From: Klebsormidium nitens
Taxonomy: Eukaryota; Plantae; Klebsormidiophyceae
Reading direction: 5' to 3'
NCBI GenBank assembly: GCA_000708835.1
Contig: DF236987.1
Coordinates: 239,328 to 303,327 of the forward strand
DNA: 64,000 nucleotides
Position numbers and translations under genes: made by a program. The notes below the pieces were generated by a model, which was given only the letters and a program-made list of their open reading frames with translations, did not search any database and was not told the origin of the DNA. Shown here one piece after another: positions 1 through 11,438 of this stretch (positions within the stretch are counted from its first letter, which is position 1; the number at the start of each line of letters is the position of its first letter).

Positions 1-152
1 AGATTTTACTGCTAAGAGCCCCTAAGTCGCTCCCCAGGTGAGCCATTTACCTGGGACCTATTCGTTCCGGATAGTGCAGACCTGCAAGCAACTTTAGATG
101 TGGCTTTCAATGCTGGACATCAGTTGACATTTGGTGGGTTTACTTTGTCCAG

Positions 153-3100
153 AGCGCCTGTCTGAGCTGATCGGATTCAAGGTGGAGAAGGCCAACGACT
201 CCATTGGTGATGAGGTGCAGAAGCAGATCAAGGACCTGAAGGACGGTGGGGTAAGTCATACCGTCTTTGTCAGCTTTTAAGTGCTTAGAAAGGGTTAGGA
301 GTGATGGTGGTGCAGGTTTTAAGGGTTGTGCTGCAAGTAGCAGTGCAATCTATTGCAGACCCTCAAGCCGACCGCCGATGTCGTTCAGAACGTTGGTGAA
401 GCATTTGTTAAAGTAGAGTCTGCTGGGTCTTACAGTACGGCCATCTCAGCATCACTTGTGTCATCTTACTGACATCGCTCCTTTGGAGACAAGTCATGTC
501 ATTGGTCAGGAGTTTCGGCTCCGCTCTCTCAATGTCTGTCACTTCCCATTATGTCTCTTCTGCCTCAGTCTGGAAACATTGAAGTTCAGCACAGAGACCA
601 GATTCTAGACAACGTAAAGCTTCTACAGTTGGAAGGTACCCAGCAGGAGGATTTAGTGGTTGGATGTGGAGAGGAAATGGCGGACTGCTAGGGCCTGAGA
701 GTTGATATACGCACAAATGAGTTAAATCGATTCTTCCCAGCCTGCTTCTCCCTTGACTTGGTCATTGAATTAGATTGACCGTTTGTCTCCTCACATCGAC
801 TTCTGTAAAATCCGGCCTCCCCCAGCCAATTCTGTAACGGACATTCTGCGCTTTTTCAGGGCAGCGAAGAACAACACAACCCCCATGTTTACACCCTAGC
901 TGATAGTACAATAAGCTTCTGAGCCTCCTAGCTTACGAAAGTAGTGAAAGGACTCAGCCAGCCTTTTTTCTCCAGGTCCTCCTGCTAGAGACCGTGCGCT
1001 TCTACAAGGTGGAGGAGATTGATTTAGCCACACTCCTAACTTCTCTGACCTTACAATGAAGCACTGGCCTACGTACACAAGTCTGAGTAGACTCAGGCGG
1101 CCTTCGTCCCGCCACTTGCTACTTCCAGCTAGGAGACAAGCCCAAGGAGATCGACCTAAAACTCGTTTAATATTAACTTTAACTTTATGATCACCCTTTA
1201 GCCTCCTCGTCAAAGTTTCTCAACCGGCCTTCCTCCCGCCGCCAGGTCCTCCTTCTGGAAAACGTCCGCTTCTACAAGGAGGAGGAGAAGAACGACCCCG
1301 AGCACGCCAAGGCCCTCGGCAAGGGCATCGACTACTTCGTGAACGATGCCTTCGGTACCGCGCACAGGGCGCACGCCTCGACTGCCGGGATTGCTAACTA
1401 CGTGACAAGGAGTATTGCCGGGTTCTTGCTGGAGAAGGAGTTGGCGTACCTCGAGGGAGCCGTGAAGGCGCCCAAGAGGCCGTTCGTCGCCATTGTGAGT
1501 CGTCGTTCTGGTTGTTTCTCGCACTGTTTTGGCTTACCGCCTGCAATAGCATCGTAGGGACAAGAATTGAGTTGTCTGCCTCGACCATCATGCATGATCG
1601 TGTTTGATACCCAGAGCTTATTGACCTGTTGTGTCATCAATCTAGGAGAGTAGCTTGACCGTCACATCCACCTTTTTCTTTTGTTAACCTCGAAGCACAT
1701 CGGGTAACGCTGAACGGCCTGGATGCAGTAGTCATCTTGCATATGATCAAATACCAGCCCGGTTGCTCCGGATGTACCCCACTTGTGAAAAACGCAAGGG
1801 AGTGGAGTGGTGCTCCTTTCGCGATCCTTCTTGGAAAGCTGAAGTCGACATGAGCTTCCTTCTTCGATTGCTTTCTTTGTCCAGGACTCTGCGCCGTCGT
1901 TCCTTTGGTAGTTTAAGCACCGATCGACTAGAACTACAGTTGTTTTTATGATTTTCTCATAACCCCTTTTCGTGTTCCTGGCAGGTCGGAGGAAGCAAGG
2001 TGTCCTCGAAGATCGGAGTCATCGAGTCCCTCATCGGATCAGTTGACAAGATCATCCTGGGCGGAGGCATGATCTTCACCTTCTACAAGTCACGAGGCCT
2101 TGCAGTGAGTGCTCATTCCTGCTGCCTAATTCTGCCTCAAGACTTGCTAATCACAATGTGTTCCTCCTTTTGTCGTACTCGATTTACTCGAACGCTCCGT
2201 CTCAAAAGTTCGATGTACCTAAACTCCAGGAGTCCCCATGCACCATCTTGTCTTCTTAAGGGCGAAGCTTGATGCAGTCCTTTTCCTTCGCTTTTTGTCT
2301 GTTTTTGAGAAGATTGCCCCAGTGACGATAGCGCAGGCGTGGCTGGCTGCATCAAATTCCCACAACACCGATTTGCACCCGCTTCAAGCGATGATTTGGT
2401 CCCTTTCGTTCTCTGCCTAAGAGATTCAGTCACATGGTCGTCCAGAAAATGGTGATCACCTCCCGGTGGTCTGGGATACTTCAAAAGTTCCTCGAGTTGC
2501 GCACTTCACCAATAGGGCCAAAATGACATCATGTTTGTCCGAATGCAGAATGCATCGTTGACCGTATTGCGAGCCTCTTTTAACCCACGCGTTAACCTAC
2601 GTCCTGACCCAACTTACGTCTTAACCCGTCTTCCCCAGGTGGGTTCCTCCCTGGTCGAGGATAACAAGCTGGACCTGGAGCATTCGCTTTCAAAAAACAT
2701 GCTTGCCTAAGTTGCGCAGTCATCACTAAGTTCCCCTAACCCACTCGCAAAGTCAACAACATCCTCTCTTAAGTATACGTCCTGACTTAACCCGTTTTCG
2801 CAGGTGGGTTCCTCCCTGGTCGAGGAGGACAAGCTGCACCTGGCCCCTTTGCTTCCGAAGGTGGTTCTTCCAGAGTTGTTCATTTTAGCAATTACCCCGC
2901 TGGATTATAAAATCAACGCCCCTTAACCTGCTTGGTAACCGACGCCTTAACCCGTTTTCGCAGGTGGGTTCCTCCCTGGTTGAGGAGGACAAGCTGGAGC
3001 TGGCCAAGGAGCTCACCAAGATGGCCGAAGAGAAGGGCGTCGAGCTCATTCTGCCCACTGACGTCGTTGTTGCCGACAAGTTCGCTGAAGACGCCGAAAA

Positions 3101-4456
3101 CAAGACCGTGAAGGTGGAGGAGATCCCGGAGGGTGAGTCGGTTGAGATACTCCTAAACCTTAGGTAGGATAGTAACAGTCCCCGGGAGAAAACAAGACTA
3201 AAACCAAACCAAGAACTACACCCGCTCCGCACTCGTACCCACCCTAACCCCCAGATCAACCCCACCCCTTCCCTGGGCCTTGACCATATCCTACCTAAAA
3301 CTATCCTACCAAACTAGAGGTCTATTCGGTTGAGAACCATACGCTGGGTCTGAGAGTGGTCGACATAGCTTCGGTGGTTAGAACCGTCTGCTTTCGTTCA
3401 ACTTGCCTTTGCACAGCCGTGTCAGTTGACTGGGACGGAGACGCCGTTAATTCTGCTTCTTGGGTGCAGAATTGACGGCTTGGACCTACCTCTTGGGACA
3501 TCGAACCCTTGCTATACACGAGCTCTGTTTGAAGAACGGGCTATTTGAAGAGTCAAGTTGCACATGCTTTCGCAACGGACTGAACGAACTCGATTGGTAA
3601 CCGGCGGCACTATGGACAGTAATCAAAGCAGGCGGCAGCCATCACAAGTCGAGAAAGCCAATGAACGGTTCAAAAATGCTGATCAAGGGTTGAAAGTTCC
3701 GATCAACGGCTAAAAGGCCTGCTCGTTCTGTTGCCTGCAGGCTGGATGGGTCTGGATATCGGCCCTGACTCGATCAAGGCCTTCCAGTCTGCTTTGGACG
3801 GTGCCAAGGTGAGCCTTTCGGGCGCTCTTCACTCTTTCACGTATCCAAGCGTTTATTCACCGCCCTGAGCTGCTTCTGATCGAGAAAGTTTCTCTCGCCC
3901 GTTCTGCATGTTGCATCGTCACTCATGTCCATGTATGCCTTGTGAGTCGGTATTCTGACGTGAATGAGATCGAAGGTGGTCTCGCAAGCCAAGCCATTCA
4001 GGATCTTGAGATCATCCGACAAAATGGTTTTTGATAGCTCTCCAAAGCAGTTTTCTGGCAGATGTATACCTTCTGCCAGTCCTCGGCCGAGCATCGTGCA
4101 TTCTTATTTTATTTTATTTTATTGCAGGTTTTCTAAAAGGGAATATCACATAATAAAAATAATGATAATCTCTTTCCTTTCTGCAGACCGTCCTGTGGAA
4201 CGGCCCCATGGGCGTGTTCGAGTACGAAGCATTCGCCAAGGGCACCTACGGCATTGCGCACACGCTCAAGGACTTGACGGCGGCCGGCGCCATTACCATC
4301 ATTGGAGGAGGCGACTCCGTGGCTGCAGTGGAGAAGGCTGGACTCGCCCAATACATGAGCCACATCTCCACCGGAGGAGGCGCCAGCTTGGAGCTTCTAG
4401 AGGGCAAGGTCTTGCCAGGTGTCGCCGCCCTCGACAACGTCCAGGTTCACGCTTAG
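153..4456 (+). CDS. PGK: Phosphoglycerate kinase, plant type (probably the plastid isoform); 5' exons lie outside the window
   Basis: Exons 153-250, 1246-1494, 1985-2104, 2964-3132, 3741-3808 and 4187-4456 have GT-AG ends and compatible phases. Translation gives the PGK motifs [78 protein letters not shown] and [16 protein letters not shown]. Confidence 0.97.
950..1290 (+). repeat. Three diverged tandem copies of the PGK acceptor plus exon head (real exon at 1246)
   Basis: Anchors ctcagccagcctt (953), ctcaggcggccttcgtcccgcc (1092) and ctcaaccggccttcctcccgcc (1219). The copy at 976 reads [16 protein letters not shown] against the real [17 protein letters not shown]. Confidence 0.8.
2610..3010 (+). 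repeat. Three tandem copies of the PGK acceptor plus exon head (2639, 2804, real 2964)
   Basis: ttaacccgt...cag|gtgggttcctccctggt(c/t)gagga..acaagctg is present three times, at spacings of 165 and 160 bp. Confidence 0.95.
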
Positions 4457-5461
4457 ATGTCCTGTGTTGTGCGACGAGTAGAGTAGGAAGCACTTCGTTT
4501 TTGAGACGGGCCAAAGGTAAACAGGTACTGCAGGCTGCTACTATGATCAGGCACGCCGGACGCTCTTGAAGGACGATAAATATGTCCGACGAGCTGTTGG
4601 CCACATCGGCTGAGAGTAAATTGCTTTTGCTTCGACCCGCACTGGAATCAATGTCACTGTCAGATTCAAATTGGTTGCGTGGCTTCCTTTGCGCAGCTGC
4701 GCTGGGCAGCAGATCCATCATTGCTAGCCATGTTAATGAATGCTGGGGTCATGGGAGCACGAATATAGTCACTGACGCAACGCATAAGCACTTTGTAATC
4801 AAAGGCTCCACAAATTGAAGTCACATAAGCCTGGCTCCTGGCATATGCCGCCATATTCGACGTCATGCATGTATTGTCACCATTTCATTCACACTGCGCA
4901 GCATCCTGCCGAGCTGGTGCGTGACGTCGGAATGTAGCTAGCTAGGCTTAAGAGCTCGAACATGTTCACGGTCACTCATGGTGCCCCATGCATCACCGGT
5001 GCGCACGGGGCACTGGTCACTACGCTGCATTCAATGATTCGAGCGTAGTTCGCAGCATTTGAGCGTAGTACGTGCAGCATGTGCGATCGGCCGGCTATAT
5101 ATCCTAATTGCCAATTTACATGTTGACTGCCCAGGGTCGCCGCATGCCATGATGCAGTGTCACTTGAGAGAAACTGACGAGCTACTTGGTGCATGCAGCA
5201 TATAATTTAGCACATACTTGGATTGCAGGACTCCAGCAATGGCGCCCAACTCAACAAAGGCAGCTGGTTTGCCCTCGCAGAGCAGTCTTCGTAGAAGCGA
5301 TGCAGACCGAGTGATGGCAGCATACCAAGGGAGATCTTGGATAATGCTGTAAGACCACACGTTGCAAAAGGCCGCCCCCTCCGTTACGTCATTCAATCGA
5401 AGTTTTACCTTTACAAGAAGATATACCTTACTAATGTGCGAGTAGCAGTCACTATGTGCGA

Positions 5462-8400
5462 CTACGAGGAGGCAGAGGCGCCCCCTTGCTCCTCTTCCAT
5501 CTTCTCTGCTACCAACTTGGTCGAGAAAGCCAGTTTTTGAGGAACCTGCAACAAGAACGTGATGTTCAGCACAGTTAATGTCAACTTGGCGGGTTTGATG
5601 CAATGATAACAGGGCGGGCTGACGCAATATAAGCACGCACACGACTAGGACATCGTCAAAGGCTAGAATTTCAAGAAGGAAAAGACAAAACCGAGAAAAA
5701 CACACCTTCGGGGCAGAACTGTGTCTGCCATGAAAACAAGTAGCTAGAAGGTCTGAGGCGCATCTTGTCCGTTTTCACTGTGGCTGCCGTGGGATCCATT
5801 CTGGTATAATGGACACTGATTGACTTGGCCCTCAAAGACCCAATGAAGAGTCAGCCACCTTCCGAACGTCGACTAGAGACGTCATGCATTTGGGAGGAAA
5901 ACACTCGACTACTTCGCTCACCGCATTGACGCTCCGTGCCACCTTGGTCGGCACGGCCTTGATGAGCATAGCAATCTTGGTAATGAGCTCGAGCTTCGTG
6001 GGCATCTTCTCAACGCTGGAGAAGTCGGCGGGCGCGACGAAGCTGCCGTCGAGGCAACCGCCGACGAAGTCCTGCTCCAACTTGTACTCCTTCTGTAGAG
6101 CAGAAAACAGGTTGGCGTGAGAAGCAAAACCCATTGAAGCTTGAAAGATTAGGAAGTCTGTATGAGGTTCTGCTGTTCAGCAGGAGGATGATTCGTATGC
6201 ATAACGTTACATAAAGGTTGATTTCCCCAAGAATATTGAGTCGTGTGAATCTTCTTGTGACAAGGCAGCCCCACAAGAAGTCACACTCCGACTTGTACTC
6301 CCTCTGTGGAGCGGAAAGAGGATTGGCATGAGAAGGAGGGCCCGGAGGTTGCTCAGGCAACAACTAGTAACGGGATCTGTCAGAGGGTCCGAAGGGCAGA
6401 ATGGCCTGTTGTTTTATTACGGGTTCGCCGTTCACAAGGTGTAAACCTCGCATGGAAGTGATCTTCTTCCAACGTTTCCGAGCAATTGCTGCGGCGGCAG
6501 GATTAGCAAGTTTCGAAGCTTGGATTAGATGTGGTCGTATCGGCCGTGTCTCCCGCACAGGAGAAGTGTTAACGTGACAAGGAAGGCAGAACAGTTGGCC
6601 TCAACGTTCTTTAAGACATGTCCGTTCGAACTTCGACCTGGAACTAAAACAAAAGAAGACAGGACAGAGTAGCGAGTCTCCTCGTTTGCAGGACGCCGTC
6701 TGATAGAAAGTCAAACCAACAAACCACAATCTGGAAGCCCACCCCCAAATGTCTTACAAAACCACACGAGATACTCTCACGGTACATGAGAAAGGTGGCA
6801 CTTCTCCCAATGATGGTCCCTATTAGAAACCCCAGACTTCTCGCAAGACAGTAGAGGCGTGAACAATCTCCACAATATGATGTCCATGCAGTTTCTGAAC
6901 GCTAAATCTTAGCCTGCAGATCCCAGAGAAGTTTGAACTGGTCAGGGATTCCCCTGGGGTCTCAAAACCGAGATGCTTTTGCAAAACCGCGTAAGTCGTA
7001 CCTGCATGTCCCGGAAGGGCTTGATCGCGCTCCCAAACTCGTCCCCCTCGACAAACATCCAGACGTTCATGCCCTTGAGCAGCGGCTTGAGCGACTCGTA
7101 CTTGACGTTGCCGTCGTCAATCGCCTTGCCCACCAGCTTGTTCTTGGCGACCAGCAGAGTGGCTGAAGGGGGCATCTTCCGCCGCAACTCCTCCATTTGC
7201 TTGACCTGGTGATGTCACAATTAGGGTTTCGGATATGAGTAAGTCAGCAATTGAGACCGAAACTCAAAAAGCTTTCTGGGTTTTCTGGGCTTTCTGGTTC
7301 TAGGTTGACGTCGCTTGTACTCGGCTACCAGGAACGTCGCCAGATTCTCCTCCGCAAAGTCCTCCAACTGCTCAGCATGTCAAACGCCGAAAATTGTTCA
7401 CAGATTCCTAGTGCATAGAAACGAGAACCTCCCGATAATGTTCCGAAACCTGTGGACATTTACTTTTTGCTTCACCTGATTGAAAGTAGGACAGCCGACT
7501 GCCTAGACTGAAGTTTTAAGAATCCTCAGGCGCTTCTCAACAATGGCTTTGCTCTTATACTTGGAAGATTCAATCTACTTGATCAAACTATTTTTCTCGA
7601 ACAGGCAGGTTGCAACGAATGCAACGTCTTCATACGACGATAAGCCCGAGATTGGGTCTCTCTTGCCAATACGGACTGACGGCGTCTTTTCACTGCGCCA
7701 ACTTCGGAGCCCAATTTGGAAGAGGAACTGGACAAGAAAAGCAGCCACGATCGCCGCGGGCCTTTGCCCAGACGGCTACAAAGACTAACTGCAATATACC
7801 AGGACTTGGAAATTCGGTCCATGGAATCGGCAAGTCAAAGAGCACTGACGGAAGACGGCAAACACACGGGGGACTGAGCTCCGATTTGCCGGGATCCTCA
7901 GGAGCGAAAGCGGCAAACAGTGATCGAGGGGCTGAGGAGCGCTAGTCGGAACTGGTCACGGCACGCCGCTAGCATTCCCGGTTTACAAAGTGGTAAGCCG
8001 GGCGCGGTGCGGGTTGGTGGAATGGCAGTTAGAAACGGATTGAACACACCAGGTACGTCGCAGGGAAACGGGGACAGAAGCGTCCGGTTCGGAACGTACC
8101 GTAAAGCCCTTGTACGCGATGCCCGCCACAAAGGTGGACTTTTCTAGTTGCTCCTTCACTTTCTCAACGGTCGCCTCCTTCTTTTCCCGAGTTAGGGCGT
8201 TGCTAATCTGGACGCGAAAGAATCAAGTCAGACACGAGAGTTGGACCAGGGTTTTGAACGCCACGAGGAGAGTGTCTGTTCTTGCGTCAAATCATCCTTC
8301 CTAGAGACGAACCCATTGATCGGGAGTTGTAGCGAGCAAAGATCTGATGAACATCTTTCATTTTCACCAGCGTTTCAGGATCCTGGGGTGTGACTTGAGT

Positions 8401-10939
8401 GCATCTAGACAGAAGCCCCTTCTATGATCGTGTTGTCCCGAAATGAGCGTATCCACCAGGCTGAGTCTTCTGCAGGCATGTTGTGAAGATGGACAAAATC
8501 AACACACAAGCTACTCTCAACAACTCACGAAGCTGATCATCCCACGACAACAGTGTTTTCCTCGTGACAGCAACTTTGGCCCTAACAAGTTCCTCTTTCG
8601 GATGAACGAACAATCTTACGTGACGACAAACCAAACGGGATTCCAGCCGACATGTCAACATAGCGAAGAGAATGACCGACTCGATCAGGTGGGTATGCGT
8701 TGCATTCTCGACAAAAGGAACAAGTAGTCTTACTCAATGCAGGCTGAAAGCATGTAAATAGGGCGACAAGCATGCTCAAAACCTTTGATACAAGGGGAAT
8801 TTGTACAACGATTAACGACCCTGCAACCTTGAGACGCAAAGACCACTGACCTGCAAGCTGCCCCTTCTTGAAACGCCCTCCGATCGGCACGGGGCCGCAA
8901 CGCTCGCTCCGAAGAAGTCGGTGGACCTACCCTGGAAGGTACACCTGCAGAATGCACCGTGTTGTCTGGATCAGCATCCGAATTGCTTTTGAAAGTGACA
9001 CTGGGGAGGGAGGGGCGTGAAAGACAAGAATGCTGACAAACGCCAGAGGTGTTCTGAGAGGTTTTCTGAGTCAGGTCCACCCTTCTTGTGAAACGTGCAA
9101 GCTCTATGCATAAGAAGCGTTTGTCTGGCTTCTGCCGACGGGTGCAACGCTGCACTATGGACAGAGTGAGCTCCTTTGGAGTTCCATAATCTTGCAGACA
9201 TTGTGACGGCACGACTTCGCAGCTCTGTTTGCCCATCGTTTATGGGGGGGCAGGCAAATGTTTTTAGCGGTTTATAGAGGTGCACACATCAATCATCAGG
9301 ATCAGACATTGGAGGAAACACTGCCCCAAATACTCGCCACTAATGTTTGCCCCCCCAAAATTCCGCATTCTTTTTTAAAGCCGTGGTGCCCGAGTTGAAC
9401 CCAGATGCTTGTAATATGGGTGCTGCTTTCGTGCATAATATTTGTCTCGCATCATCCTCAACCTCCCCAACAGACAGTCAACAACCACAAGCAGAAAACA
9501 TCGCTCAGAAGAAAGTTGTTTCGAGTGCCCTTGCAAGAAGCTATTCCGAGCTTGCGGGGCAACCTAAGGATCTTCCACAAAACAACTGGAGACACTCTTC
9601 TATCCTGGCACGCTCTTTACAATGATGGACACCTGACCCGGTATGACAAACCGTAACGTCAGAGGTTTTACGGAAGCTGCTAGCATCCGGTCCTTGGTCA
9701 GATTGACAACCAACAAAGTCGGGAGTCCCAGACAAAGCGTGCATGAGAATGAAACAGGCTCTGGCTAGAGGACCTGACAGGTCCCATCTCCAGGTTCGAT
9801 ATCAACTTAAAGGATTCGAAAGGCAATCAACAGAGCGGAGCCTCTCAGAGACTAAGAATCACAAGTTGGTTCAACACTCGACCTCTGGGGGAGCACATTT
9901 GTTCGAGCCAGTCAATGCAGTTTCGTAAGTCAAAGAAGCTCAGCTGCCGGTCAGATTGCATTCTTTGAAGAAACAGATGCGTCACCATTACCATGTTCTG
10001 AAATGACGGTTGGACGACTCATTCCAGTATGCTCAGCAAACAGTAAGGCACACCTGATTGTACCATTACCAATCTTGAGCACACGGGCAGCTGAAGACTG
10101 CTGCCATATGGCCCCAACCCTAATCGGCTACCAAACGAAGACAAACTGATGTGACATCCCCTTCACTTTTGCTTGACCATACGGACAGCATTTGAAACAT
10201 TTCTGGTGAACAACCTTCCAAAGAACTGAGATGCCGACTGAAATGCCTTTCTGGCTTTTCCGCATTGAGCCAGTGCATAAACGAGGGATAGTTTTGCATT
10301 GCACAGCCGTCTGCTTGTACTTTCGAGAGGGCTGCATTTGCAGATGCTGACCCGGGTCTGTTTAAGGAAGACACAGGACTTTCTTTTGCACCAGACAAGC
10401 AATCACATTTGTGGACACATACGCCAAACAAAGACTAGGCGCCTTCTTCTTGGAAGCTGTGTTTCGACCCCATCGGCAGCCTCTTTCCAGAATGCACTGA
10501 ACATGAGATTGAGAAAAGATAGTCCAATGTAGACCTCCAATGCAGCCAAACATCCACCACCAGTCTATCCGCAATGCACCGGAGCTCTCAGTTGAATATA
10601 ACACTCTACTTAGGAGGATGCCACCTTCTCATCAACCCTTCTTTTGAAGAGGTTAATCAGGTTGGAAGGACCGTGAGGTTTGGCATTCCAACACCATTCT
10701 GGAGCATTCGCTCAGCGGTTCGACAGAGCTATCCAAAGGGCCAGGCTGTCATCAGATTCATCAGGCTGAAAACCCTAGCATCTACTCAAACGCGCAGCCA
10801 CCAAAGAAGAAGCCTTTTGCCACTGAAACCTCGCTTACCTGCTTCCTGCCAGCTGCCTCTGCATCCCAGCTTCCGAGCTGCTCGCTATGCCAGCACTCGG
10901 CAGCGCCCCCAATGACTGGGCGCAGAAAGTTGCTGCCAT
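5462..10939 (-). CDS. RPL10: Plastid 50S ribosomal protein L10 (uL10c) with transit peptide, 253 aa
   Basis: Exons 10939-10839, 8944-8851, 8207-8100, 7205-7002, 6092-5922 and 5545-5462 total 762 nt in frame. L10 motifs are LTREKKEATVEKVK, AGIAYKGFTVKQMEELRRKMP, LLVAKNKLVGKAI and MPTKLELITKIAMLIKAVPTKVARSVNAVP. The N-terminus is Ser/Ala-rich, like a transit peptide. Confidence 0.93.
6035..6335 (-). repeat. Duplicated RPL10 acceptor plus exon head (pseudo 6303, real 6092)
   Basis: Pseudo: ccacag|agggagtacaagtcggagtgtgacttc (REYKSECDFLWGCL). Real: ctacag|aaggagtacaagttggagcaggacttc (KEYKLEQDFVGGCL). The upstream intron sequence is also homologous; offset 211 bp. Confidence 0.9.
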
Positions 10940-11438
10940 TGTGCAGACCCAAAATCTCGCACGCTTCTTACTTTCTCAACCGCTAAAACACCGACAGTTT
11001 CTTGTCGATACACGACCCAGCCCTCTCGATAGTGCTCACAATGGTAGCCACGGGCTCCTCTGTGCAGACTCCTCCCGCCCTTTGAGAGGAATGCGGCCAG
11101 CAAGCTGCCCTCTCTATGTAGCTCCTCTCCCTCAGCCCAACTTCTCTCCGCTGGCGCTGGTGCTGATTTTCTCACATGAGTGATACCCGAAGGATCGCTC
11201 GACACCAGGTCTGGTGCCGAGATCTGATTGCTTCTGACTTTGTTACTCTAGTGTCAATTGCGTCGCCTCCTGACGCCTCCTTCAATCCTATGCTGCAACA
11301 CACAGAGCAGAAGAGGAGCTCTGCCAGAGCTGTGTTTGCGCCTCTTCCAGCCCGCCATTCAAACTTTGGGCATTCCTGAACCACCACCACCACCTCTGAA
11401 GATCGATCCTGCCACTTTTCCCTCGTCGTAGAGGAACC
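10940..11438. promoter_or_regulatory. Probable bidirectional promoter and 5' UTR region between RPL10 and SNRNP40
   Basis: Divergent start codons lie about 500 bp apart (10939 minus, 11439 plus). A telo-box-like AAACCCTA sits at 10770-10777 in RPL10 intron 1. Function is inferred from position only. Confidence 0.55.

Noticed and set aside
10163-10402. CKC...C pattern in RPL10 intron 1 resembling a SWIM/MULE relic
   Set aside because: The conserved His is missing, and there is no supporting transposase sequence or termini.
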